Source: Eledone cirrhosa (lineage: Eukaryota). From it: DNA of 64,000 nucleotides. The notes beneath the pieces were generated by a model. It saw only the letters and a list, made by a program, of their open reading frames with translations, had not been told where the DNA came from and did no database searches. Within the stretch, counting starts at the first letter, position 1. Each line of letters opens with the position of its first letter. Of the stretch, positions 13,826 to 26,084 are shown piece after piece. The stretch covers positions 15,996,001-16,060,000 of the forward strand of contig OZ024744.1 in assembly GCA_964016885.1 (NCBI GenBank). Reading direction: 5' to 3'. Both the position numbers and the translations under genes were made by a program.

Positions 13826-16800
13826 ATCTGAAGAAGTTGGAGAAGGAGAGTATGAAGGAAGTTGAAGGAGAAGAATATGAAGGAAGTTGAAGAAAGAGAA
13901 TCTGAAGGAAGTTGAGAAGGAGAATATGAAGGAAGTTGAAGGAGGAGAATATGAAGGAAGTTGGAGAAGGAGAATCAGAAGGAAGTTGGAGAAGCACAGA
14001 ATGAAGGAAGTTGAAGAAGGAGAATCTGAAAGAAGTTGGAGAAGGAGAGTATGAAGGAAGTTGAAGAAGGAGAATCTGAAGGAAGTTGGAGAAGGAGAGT
14101 ATGAAGGAAGTTGAAGGAGAAGAATATGAAGGAAGTTGAAGAAGGAGAATCTGAAGGAAGTTGGAGAAGGAGAGTATGAAGGAAGTTGGAGAAGGAGAGT
14201 ATGAAGGAAGTTGAAGGAGGAGAATATGAAGTAAGTTGAAGATGGAGAATCTGAAGGAAGTTGGAGGAGAATATGAAGGAAGTTGGAGAATGAGAAAATG
14301 AAGGAAGTTGAAGAAGGAGAATATAAACGAATTTGGAGAAGGAGAGTATGAAGGAAGTTGGAGAATGAGAATCTGAAGGAAGTTGGAGAAGGAAAGTATG
14401 AAGGAAGTTTGAGCAGGAGAATCTGAAGGAAGTTGGAGAAGGAGAGTACGAAGGAATTTGAAGGAGAAGAATATGAAGGAAGTTGAAAAATGAGAATCTG
14501 AAGGAAGTTGGAGAAGGAGAATATAAAGGAAATTGAAGGAGGAGAATGTGGACGAAGTTGGAGAAGGAGAATATGAAGGAAGTTGGAGAAGGAGAGTATG
14601 AAGGAAGTTGAAGGAGGAGAATATGAACGAAGTTGGAGAAGGAGAATATGAAGGAAGTTGAAGAAGGAGAATCAGAAGGAAGTTGGAGAAGGAGAGTATG
14701 AAGGAAGTTGGAGAAGGAGAATATGAAGGAAGTTGAAGGAGGAGAATATGAAGGAAGTTGAAGGAGAAGAATATGAAGGAAGTTGAAGAAGGAGAATATG
14801 AAGGAAGTTGGAGAAGGAGAGTATGAAGGAAGTTGGAGAAGGAGAATATGAAGGAAATTGAAGGAGGAGAATATGAACGAAGTTGGAGAAGGAAAATATG
14901 AAGGAAGTTGAAGAAGGATAATCTGAAGGAAGTTGGAGGAGAGTATGAAGGAAGTTGGAGAAGGAGAGTATGAAGGAAGTTGAAGGAGGAGAATATGAAC
15001 GAAGTTGAAGAAGGAGAATCAGAAGGAAGTTGGAGAAGGAGAGTATGAAGGAAGTTGGAGAAGGAGAATATGAAGGAAGTTGAAGGAGGAGAATATGAAG
15101 GAAGTTGGAGAAGGAGAGTATGAAGGAAGTTGGAGAAGGAGAATATGAAGGAAGTTGGAGAAGGAGAGTATGAAGGAAGTTGGAGAAGGAGAATATGAAG
15201 AAAGTTGAAGGAGGAGAGTATGAAGGAAGTTGGAGAAGGAGAGTATGAAGGAAGTTGAAGAAGGAGAATCTGAAGGAAGTTGGGGAAGGAGAGTATGAAG
15301 GAAGTTGAAGGAGAAGAATATGAAGGAAGTTGAAAAAAGAGAATATGAAGGAAGATGGAGGAGGAGAGTATGAAGGAAGTTGGAGAAGGAGAGTATGAAG
15401 GAGGTTGGAGGAGGAGCGTATGAAGGAAGTTGGAGGAGGAGAGTATGAAGGATGTTGGAGAAGGAGAGTATGAAGGAAGTTGGAGAAGGAGAATCTGAAG
15501 GAAGTTGGAGAAGGAGAGTATGAAGGAAGTTGAAGGAGAATATGAAGGAAGTTGGAGAAGGAGAATATGAAGGAAGTTGAAGGAGGAGAATATAAACGAA
15601 TTTGGAGAAGGAGAGTATGAAGGAAGTTGAAGGAGAAGAATATGAAGGAAGTTGAAGAAGGAGAATCTGAAGGAAGTTGGAGAAGGAGAGTCTGAAGGAA
15701 GTTGGAGAAGGAGAATATGAAGGAAGTTGGAGAAGGAGATTATGAAGGAAGTTGAAGGAGGAGAATATGAAGTAAGTTGAAGAAGGAGAATCTGAAGGAA
15801 GTTGGAGGAGAGTATGAAGGAAGTTGGAGAAGGAGAATATGAAGGAAGTTGAAGGAGGAGAATATAAACGAATTTGGAGAAGGAGAGTATGAAGGAAGTT
15901 GAAGGAGAAGAATATGAAGGAAGTTGAAGGAGAATCTGAAGGAAGTTGGAGAAGGTGTGTATGAAGGAAGTTAGAGAAGGAGAATATGAAGGAAATTGAA
16001 GGAGGAGAATATGGACGAAGTTGGAGAAGGAGAGTATGAAGGAAGTTGAAGAAGGAGAATCTGAAGGAAGTTGGAGGAGAGTATGAAGGAAGTTGGAGAA
16101 GGACAGTATGAAGGAAGTTGAAGGAGGAGAATATGAACGAAGTTGGAGAAGGAGAATATGAAGGAAGTTGAAGTAGGAGAATATGAAGGAAGTTGAAGAA
16201 GGAGAATCAGAAGGAAGTTGGAGAAGGAGAGTATGAAGGAAGTTGGAGAAGGAGAGTATGAAGGAAGTTGGAGAAGGAGAGTATGAAGGAAGTTGAAGGA
16301 GGAGAAGATGAAGTAAGTTGAAGAAGGAGAATCTGAAGGAAGTTGGAGGAGAGTATGAAGGAAGTTGGAGAAGGAGAATATGAAGGAAGTTGAAGGAGGA
16401 GAATATAAACGAATTTGGAGAAGGAGAGTATGAAGGAAGTTGGAGAACGAGAATCTGAAGGAAGTTGGAGAAGGAGAGTATGAAGGAAGTTTGAGAAGGA
16501 GAATCTGAAGGATGTTGGAGAAGGAGAGTACGAAGGAAGTTGAAGGAGAAGAATATGAAGGAAGTTGAAGAAGGAGAATATGAAGGAAGTTGGAGAAGGA
16601 GAGTATGAAGGAAGTTGGAGAAGGAGAATATGAAGGAAATTGAAGGAGGAGAATATGAACGAAGTTGGAGAAGGAAAATATGAAGGAAGTTGAAGAAGGA
16701 TAATCTGAAGGAAGTTGGAGGAGAGTATGAAGGAAGTTGGAGAAGGAGAGTATGAAGGAAGTTGAAGGAGGAGAATATGAACGAAGTTGGAGAAGGAGAA

Positions 16801-18070
16801 TATGAAGGAAGTTGAAGAAGGAGAATCAAAAGGAAGTTGGAGAAGGAGAATATGAAGGAATTTGAAGGAGGAGAATATGAAGGAATTTGGAGAAGGAGAG
16901 TATGAAGGAAGTTGGAGAAGGAGAGTATGAAGGAAGTTGAAGAAGGAGAATCTGAAGGAAGTTGGGGAAGGAGAGTATGAAGGAAGTTGAAGGAGAAGAA
17001 TATGAAGGAAGATGGAGCGGGAGAGTATGAAGGAAGTTGGAGAAGGAGAGTATGAAGGAGGTTGGAGGAGGAGCGTATGAAGGAAGTTGGAGGAGGAGAG
17101 TATGAAGGAAGTTGGAGAAGGAGAGTATGAAGGAAGTTGGAGAAGGAGAATCTGAAGGAAGTTGGAGAAGGAGAGTATGAAGGAAGTTGAAGGAGAAGAA
17201 TATGTAGGAAGTTGAAGAAAGAGAATCTGAAGGAAGTTGGAGAAGGAGAGTATGAAGGAAGTTGAAGAAGGAGAGTATGAAGGAAGTTGGAGAAGGAGAG
17301 TATGAAGGAAGTTCAAGGAGGAGAATATGAAGTAAGTTGAAGAAGGAGGATCTGAAGGAAGTTGGAGGAGAATATGAAGGAAGTTGGAGAAGGAGAATAT
17401 GAAGGAAGTTGAAGGAGGAGAATATAAACGAATTTGGAGAAGGAGAGTATGAAGGAAGTTGGAGAATGAGAATCTGAAGGAAGTTGGAGAAGGAGAGTAT
17501 GAAGGAAGTTTGAGAAGGAGAATCTGAAGGAAGTTGGAGAAGGAGAATCAGAAGGAAGTTGGAGAAGCACAGAATGAAGGAAGTTGAAGAAGGAGAATCT
17601 GAAAGAAGTTGGAGAAGGAGAGTATGAAGGAAGTTGAAGAAGGAGAATCTGAAGGAAGTTGGAGAAGTAGAGTATGAAGGACGTTGAAGGAGAAGAATAT
17701 GAAGGAAGTTGAAGAAAGAGAATATGAAGGAAGATGGAGGAGGAGCGTATGAAGGAAGTTGGAGGAGGAGAGTATGAAGGATGTTGGAGAAGGAGAGTAT
17801 GAAGGAAGTTGGAGAAGGAGAATCTGAAGGAAGTTGGAGAAGGAGAGTATGAAGGAAGTTGAAGGAGAATATGAAGGAAGTTGGAGAAGGAGAATATGAA
17901 GGAAGTTGAAGGAGGAGAATATAAACGAATTTGGAGAAGGAGAGTATGAAGGAAGTTGAAGGAGAAGAATATGAAGGAAGTTGAAGAAGGAGAATCTGAA
18001 GGAAGTTGGAGAAGGAGAGTCTGAAGGAAGTTGGAGAAGGAGAATATGAAGGAAGTTGGAGAAGGAGATT

Positions 18071-21000
18071 ATGAAGGAAGTTGAAGGAGGAGAATATGAA
18101 GTAAGTTGAAGAAGGAGAATCTGAAGGAAGTTGGAGGAGAGTATGAAGGAAGTTGGAGAAGGAGAATATGAAGGAAGTTGAAGGAGGAGAATATAAACGA
18201 ATTTGGAGAAGGAGAGTATGAAGGAAGTTGAAGGAGAAGAATATGAAGGAAGTTGAAGGAGAATCTGAAGGAAGTTGGAGAAGGTGAGTATGAAGGAAGT
18301 TAGAGAAGGAGAATATGAAGGAAATTGAAGGAGGAGAATATGGACGAAGTTGGAGAAGGAGAGTATGAAGGAAGTTGAAGAAGGAGAATCTGAAGGAAGT
18401 TGGAGGAGAGTATGAAGGAAGTTGGAGAAGGAGAGTAGGAAGGAAGTTGAAGGAGGAGAATATGAACGAAGTTGGAGAAGGAGAATGTGAAGGAAGTTGA
18501 AGTAGGAGAATATGAAGGAAGTTGAAAAGGAGAATCAGAAGGAAGTTGGAGAAGGAGAGTATGAAGGAAGTTGAAACAGGAGAATCTGAAAGAAGTTGGA
18601 GAAGTAGAGTATGAAGGAAGTTGGAGAAGGAGAATATGAAGGATGTTGAAGGAGGAGAATATGAAGGAAGTTGGAGAAGGAGAGCATGATGGAAGTTGGA
18701 GAAGGAGAATATGAAGGAAGTTGGAGAAGGAGAGTATGAAGGAAGTTGGAGAAGGAGAATATGAAGAAAGTTGGAGAAGGAGAGTATGAAGGAAGTTGAT
18801 GGAGAAGAATATGTAGGAAGTTGAAGAAGGAGAATCTGAAGGAAGTTGGAGAAGGAGAGTATGAAGGAAGTTGGAGAAGGAGAGTATGAAGGAAGTTGGA
18901 GAAGGAGAGTATGAAGGAAGTTGAAGGAGGAGAATATGAAGTAAGTTGAAGAAGGAGAATCTGAAGGAAGTTGGAGGAGAGTATGAAGGAAGTTGGAGAA
19001 GGAGAATATGAAGGAAGTTGAAGGAGGAGAATATAAACGAATTTGGCGAAGGAGAGTATGAAGGAAGTTGGAGAATGAGAATCTGAAGGAAGTTGGAGAA
19101 GGAGAGTATGAAGGAAGTTTGAGAAGGAGAATCTGAAGAATGTTGGAGAAGGAGAGTACGAAGGAAGTTGAAGGAGAAGAATATGAAGGAAGTTGAAGAA
19201 AGAGAATATGAAGGAAGATGGAGGAGGAGAGTATGAAGGAAGTTGGAGGAGGAGAGTATGAAGGAAGTTGGAGAAGGAGAGTATGAAGGAAGTTGGTGAA
19301 GGAGAATCTGAAGAAGTTGGAGAAGGAGAGTATGAAGGAAGTTGAAGGAGAAGAATATGAAGGAAGTTGAAGAAAGAGAATCTGAAGGAAGTTGGAGAAG
19401 GAGAATATGAAGGAAGTTGAAGGAGGAGAATATGAAGGAAGTTGGAGAAGGAGAATCAGAAGGAAGTTGGAGAAGCACAGAATGAAGGAAGTTGAAGAAG
19501 GAGAATCTGAAAGAAATTGCAGAAGGAGAGTATGAAGGAAGTTGAAGAAGGAGAATCTGAAGGAAGTTGGAGAAGGAGAGTATGAAGGAAGTTGAAGGAG
19601 AAGAATATGAAGGAAGTTGAAGAAGGAGAATCTGAAGGAAGTTGGAGCAGGAGAGTATGAAGGAAGTTGGAGAAGGAGAGTATGAAGGAAGTTGGAGAAG
19701 GAGAGTATGAAGGAAGTTGAAGGAGGAGAATATGAAGTAAGTTGAAGATGGAGAATCTGAAGGAAGTTGGAGGAGAATATGAAGGAAGTTGGAGAAGGAG
19801 AATATGAAGGAAGTTGAAGAAGGAGAATATAAACGAATTTGGAGAAGGAGAGTATGAAGGAAGTTGGAGAATGAGAATCTGAAGGAAGTTGGAGAAGGAG
19901 AGTATGAAGGAAGTTTGAGAAGGAGAATCTGAAGGAAGTTGGAGAAGGAGAGTACGAAGGAATTTGAAGGAGAAGAATATGAAGGAAGTTGAAGAAAGAG
20001 AATATGAAGGAAGATGGAGGAGGAGAGTATGAAGGAAGTTGGAGAAGGAGAGTATGAAGGAGGTTGGAGGACGAGCGTATGAAGGAATTTGGAGGAGGAG
20101 AGTATGAAGGAAGTTGGAGAAGGAGAGTATGAAGGAAGTTGGAGAAGGAGAATCTGAAGAAAGTTGGAGAAGGAGAGTACGAAGGAATTTGAAGGAGAAG
20201 AATATGAAGGAAGTTGAAGAAAGAGAATATGAAGGAAGATGGAGGAGGAGAGTATGAAGGAAGTTGGAGAAGGAGAGTATGAAGGAGGTTGGAGGACGAG
20301 CGTATGAAGGAAGTTGGAGGAGGAGAGTATGAAGGAAGTTGGAGAAGGAGAGTATGAAGGAAGTTGGAGAAGGAGAATCTGAAGAAGTTGGAGAAGGAGA
20401 GTATGAAGGAAGTTGAAGGAGAAGAATATGAAGGAAGTTGAAGAAAGAGAATCTGAAGAAAGTTGAGAAGGAGAATATGAAGGAAGTTGAAGGAGGAGAA
20501 TATGAAGGAAGTTGGAGAAGGAGAATCAGAAGGAAGTTGGAGAAGCACAGAATGAAGGAAGTTGAAGAAGGAGAATCTGAAAGAAGTTGGAGAAGGAGAG
20601 TATGAAGGAAGTTGAAGAAGGAGAATCTGAAGGAAGTTGAAGAAGGAGAATCTGAAGGAAGTTGGAGCAGGAGAGTATGAAGGAAGTTGGAGAAGGAGAG
20701 TATGAAGGAAGTTGGAGAAGGAGAGTATGAAGGAAGTTGAAGGAGGAGAATATGAAGTAAGTTGAAGATGGAGAATCTGAAGGAAGTTGGAGGAGAATAT
20801 GAAGGAAGTTGGAGGAGGAGAATATGAAGGAAGTTGAAGAAGGAGAATATAAACGAATTTGGAGAAGGAGAGTATGAAGGAAGTTGGAGAATGAGAATCT
20901 GAAGGAAGTTGGAGAAGGAGAGTATGAAGGAAGTTTGAGAAGGAGAATCTGAAGGAAGTTGGAGAAGGAGAGTACGAAGGAAGTTGAAGAAGGAGAATCA

Positions 21001-24000
21001 GAAGGAAGTTGGAGAAGGAGAGTATGAAGGAAGTTGGAGAAGGAGAATATGAAGGAAGTTGAAGGAGGAGAATATGAAGTAAGTTGAAGAAGGAGAATCT
21101 GAAGGAAGTTGGAGGAGAGTATGAAGGAAGTTGGAGAAGGAGAATATGAAGGAAGTTGAAGGAGGAGAATATAAACGAATTTGGAGAAGGAGAGTATGAA
21201 GGAAGTTGAAGGAGAAGAATATGAAGGAAGTTGAAGGAGAATCTGAAGGAAGTTGGAGAAGGTGAGTATGAAGGAAGTTAGAGAAGGAGAATATGAAGGA
21301 AATTGAAGGAGGAGAATATGGACGAAGTTGGAGAAGGAGAGTATGAAGGAAGTTGAAGAAGGAGAATCTGAAGGAAGTTGGAGGAGAGTATGAAGGAAGT
21401 TGGAGAAGGAGAGTAGGAAGGAAGTTGAAAGAGGAGAATATGAACGAAGTTGGAGAAGGAGAATGTGAAGGAAGTTGATGTAGGAGAATATGAAGGAAGT
21501 TGAAAAGGAGAATCAGAAGGAAGTTGGAGAAGGAGAGTATGAAGGAAGTTGAAACAGGAGAATCTGAAAGAAGTTGGAGAAGTAGAGTATGAAGGAAGTT
21601 GGAGAAGGAGAATATGAAGGATGTTGAAGGAGGAGAATATGAAGGAAGTTGGAGAAGGAGAGTATGATGGAAGTTGGAGAAGGAGAATATGAAGGAAGTT
21701 GGAGAAGGAGAGTATGAAGGAAGTTGGAGAAGGAGAATATGAAGAAAGTTGGAGAAGGAGAGTATGAAGGAAGTTGATGGAGAAGAATATGTAGGAAGTT
21801 GAAGAAGGAGAATCTGAAGGAAGTTGGAGAAGGAGAGTATGAAGGAAGTTGGAGAAGGAGAGTATGAAGGAAGTTGGTGAAGGAGAGTATGAAGGAAGTT
21901 GAAGGAGGAGAATATGAAGTAAGTTGAAGAAGGAGAATCTGAAGGAAGTTGGAGGAGAGTATGAAGGAAGTTGGAGAAGGAGAATATGAAGGAAGTTGAA
22001 GGAGGAGAATATAAACGAATTTGGAGAAGGAGAGTATGAAGGAAGTTGGAGAATGAGAATCTGAAGGAAGTTGGAGAAGGAGAGTATGAAGGAAGTTTGA
22101 GAAGGAGAATCTGAAGAATGTTGGAGAAGGAGAGTACGAAGGAAGTTGAAGGAGAAGAATATGAAGGAAGTTGAAGAAAGAGAATATGAAGGAAGATGGA
22201 GGAGGAGAGTATGAAGGAAGTTGGAGGAGGAGAGTATGAAGGAAGTTGGAGAAGGAGAGTATGAAGGAAGTTGGTGAAGGAGAATCTGAAGAAGTTGGAG
22301 AAGGAGAGTATGAAGGAAGTTGAAGGAGAAGAATATGAAGGAAGTTGAAGAAAGAGAATCTGAAGGAAGTTGGAGAAGGAGAATATGAAGGAAGTTGAAG
22401 GAGGAGAATATGAAGGAAGTTGGAGAAGGAGAATCAGAAGGAAGTTGGAGAAGCACAGAATGAAGGAAGTTGAAGAAGGAGAATCTGAAAGAAGTTGGAG
22501 AAGGAGAGTATGAAGGAAGTTGAAGAAGGAGAATCTGAAGGAAGTTGGAGAAGGAGAGTATGAAGGAAGTTGAAGGAGAAGAATATGAAGGAAGTTGAAG
22601 AAGGAGAATCTGAAGGAAGTTGGAGCAGGAGAGTATGAAGGAAGTTGGAGAAGGAGAGTATGAAGGAAGTTGGAGAAGGAGAGTATGAAGGAAGTTGAAG
22701 GAGGAGAATATGAAGTAAGTTGAAGATGGAGAATCTGAAGGAAGTTGGAGGAGAATATGAAGGAAGTTGGAGAAGGAGAATATGAAGGAAGTTGAAGAAG
22801 GAGAATATAAACGAATTTGGAGAAGGAGAGTATGAAGGAAGTTGGAGAATGAGAATCTGAAGGAAGTTGGAGAAGGAGAGTATGAAGGAAGTTTGAGAAG
22901 GAGAATCTGAAGGAAGTTGGAGAAGGAGAGTACGAAGGAATTTGAAGGAGAAGAATATGAAGGAAGTTGAAGAAAGAGAATATGAAGGAAGATGGAGGAG
23001 GAGAGTATGAAGGAAGTTGGAGAAGGAGAGTATGAAGGAGGTTGGAGGACGAGCGTATGAAGGAATTTGGAGGAGGAGAGTATGAAGGAAGTTGGAGAAG
23101 GAGAGTATGAAGGAAGTTGGAGAAGGAGAATCTGAAGAAAGTTGGAGAAGGAGAGTACGAAGGAATTTGAAGGAGAAGAATATGAAGGAAGTTGAAGAAA
23201 GAGAATATGAAGGAAGATGGAGGAGGAGGGTATGAAGGAAGTTGGAGAAGGAGAGTATGAAGGAGGTTGGAGGACGAGCGTATGAAGGAAGTTGGAGGAG
23301 GAGAGTATGAAGGAAGTTGGAGAAGGAGAGTATGAAGGAAGTTGGAGAAGGAGAATCTGAAGAAGTTGGAGAAGGAGAGTATGAAGGAAGTTGAAGGAGA
23401 AGAATATGAAGGAAGTTGAAGAAAGAGAATCTGAAGAAAGTTGAGAAGGAGAATATGAAGGAAGTTGAAGGAGGAGAATGTGAAGGAAGTTGGAGAAGGA
23501 GAATCAGAAGGAAGTTGGAGAAGCACAGAATGAAGGAAGTTGAAGAAGGAGAATCTGAAAGAAGTTGGAGAAGGAGAGTATGAAGGAAGTTGAAGAAGGA
23601 GAATCTGAAGGAAGTTGGAGAAGGAGAGTATGAAGGAAGTTGAAGGAGAAGAATATGAAGGAAGTTGAAGAAGGAGAATCTGAAGGAAGTTGGAGCAGGA
23701 GAGTATGAAGGAAGTTGGAGAAGGAGAGTATGAAGGAAGTTGGAGAAGGAGAGTATGAAGGAAGTTGAAGGAGGAGAATATGAAGTAAGTTGAAGATGGA
23801 GAATCTGAAGGAAGTTGGAGGAGAATATGAAGGAAGTTGGAGAAGGAGAATATGAAGGAAGTTGAAGAAGGAGAATATAAACGAATTTGGAGAAGGAGAG
23901 TATGAAGGAAGTTGGAGAATGAGAATCTGAAGGAAGTTGGAGAAGGAGAGTATGAAGGAAGTTTGAGAAAGAGAATCTGAAGGAAGTTGGAGAAGGAGAG

Positions 24001-24090
24001 TACGAAGGAAGTTGAAGAAGGAGAATCAGAAGGAAGTTGGAGAAGGAGAGTATGAAGGAAGTTGGAGAAGGAGAATATGAAGGAAGTTGA
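18071..24090 (+). repeat. Two-copy tandem duplication, ~3.0-kb unit (offset 2,978, then 3,028)
   Basis: 392-aa ORFs at 18300 and 21278; AAGCACAG at 19478/22456 and 20548/23526; shared rare variants AGTAGGAAGG, GTTGATGGAG and GAAGAATGTT. The offset rises by 50 bp after ~20630. Confidence 0.92.
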
Positions 24091-26084
24091 AAGAGGAGAA
24101 TATGAAGGAAGTTGAAGGAGGAGAGTATGAAGGAAGTTGAAGGAGAAGAATATGAAGGAAGTTGAAGAAGGAGAATCAGAAGGAAGTTGGAGAAGGAGAG
24201 TATGAAGGAAGTTGGAGAAGGAGAATATGAAGGAAGTTGAAGGAGGAGAATATGAAGGAAGTTGGAGAAGGAGAGTATGAAGGAAGTTGGAGAAGGAGAA
24301 TATGAAGGAAGTTGGAGAAGGAGAGTATGAAGGAAGTTGGAGAAGGAGAATATGAAGAAAGTTGAAGGAGGAGAGTATGAAGGAAGTTGGAGAAGGAGAG
24401 TATGAAGGAAGTTGAAGAAGGAGAATCTGAAGGAAGTTGGGGAAGGAGAGTATGAAGGAAGTTGAAGGAGAAGAATATGAAGGAAGTTGAAGAAAGAGAA
24501 TATGAAGGAAGATGGAGGAGGAGAGTATGAAGGAAGTTGGAGAAGGAGAGTATGAAGGAGGTTGGAGGAGGAGCGTATGAAGGAAGTTGGAGGAGGAGAG
24601 TATGAAGGATGTTGGAGAAGGAGAGTATGAAGGAAGTTGGAGAAGGAGAATCTGAAGGAAGTTGGAGAAGGAGAGTATGAAGGAAGTTGAAGGAGAATAT
24701 GAAGGAAGTTGGAGAAGGAGAATATGAAGGAAGTTGAAGGAGGAGAATATAAACGAATTTGGAGAAGTAGAGTATGAAGGAAGTTGAAGGAGAAGAATAT
24801 GAAGGAAGTTGAAGGAGAATCTGAAGGAAGTTGGAGAAGGTGTGTATGAAGGAAGTTATAGAAGGAGAATATGAAGGAAATTGAAGGAGGAGAATATGGA
24901 CGAAGTTGGAGAAGGACAGTATGAAGGAAGTTGAAGAAGGAGAATCTGAAGGAAGTTGGAGGAGAGTATGAAGGAAGTTGGAGAAGGAGAGTATGAAGGA
25001 AGTTGAAGGAGGAGAATATGAACGAAGTTGGAGAAGGAGAATATGAAGGAAGTTGAAGTAGGAGAATATGAAGGAAGTTGAAGAAGGAGAATCAGAAGGA
25101 AGTGGGAGAAGGAGAGTATGAAGGAAGTTGAAACAGGAGAATCTGAAAGAAGTTGGAGAAGTAGAGTATGAAAGAAGTTGGAGAAGGAGAGTATGAAGGA
25201 AGTTGAAACAGGAGAATATGAAGGAAGTTGGAGAAGGAGAGTATGAAGGAAGTTGGAGAAGGAGAATATGAAGGAAGTTGGAGAAGGAGAGTATGAAGGA
25301 AGTTGGAGAAGGTAATATGAAGAAAGTTGGAGAAGGAGAGTATGAAGGAAGTTGAAGGAGAAGAATATGTAGGAAGTTGATGAAGGAGAATCTGAAGGAA
25401 GTTGGAGAAGGAGAGTATGAAGGAAGTTGGAGAAGGAGAGTATGAAGGAAGTTGGAGAAGGAGAGTATGAAGGAAGTTGAAGGAGGAGAAGATGAAGTAA
25501 GTTGAAGAAGGAGAATCTGAAGGAAGTTGGAGGAGAGTATGAAGGAAGTTGGAGAAGGAGAATATGAAGGAAGTTGAAGGAGGAGAATATAAACGAATTT
25601 GGAGAAGGAGAGTATGAAGGAAGTTGGAGAACGAGAATCTGAAGGAAGTTGGAGAAGGAGAGTATGAAGGAAGTTTGAGAAGGAGAATCTGAAGGATGTT
25701 GGAGAAGGAGAGTACGAAGGAAGTTGAAGGAGAAGAATATGAAGGAAGTTGAAGAAGGAGAATATGAAGGAAGTTGGAGAAGGAGAGTATGAAGGAAGTT
25801 GGAGAAGGAGAATATGAAGGAAATTGAAGGAGGAGAATATGAACGAAGTTGGAGAAGGAAAATATGAAGGAAGTTGAAGAAGGATAATCTGAAGGAAGTT
25901 GGAGGAGAGTATGAAGGAAGTTGGAGAAGGAGAGTATGAAGGAAGTTGAAGGAGGAGAATATGAACGAAGTTGGAGAAGGAGAATATGAAGGAAGTTGAA
26001 GAAGGAGAATCAAAAGGAAGTTGGAGAAGGAGAATATGAAGGAAGTTGAAGGAGGAGAATATGAAGGAATTTGGAGAAGGAGAG

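Larger units (their letters stand above)
1..16915 (+). repeat. Large intra-array duplicated block, copy A (partner ~31225-45980)
   Basis: Rare variants recur in the same order at offsets 31,224 / 31,349 / 29,912 / 29,266 / 29,262 / 29,065 (e.g. ORFs 632 vs 31856, 9175 vs 38437, 11064 vs 40326; GAAGCAAG 10177 vs 39439; TCAAAAGG 16826 vs 45891). Confidence 0.88.
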
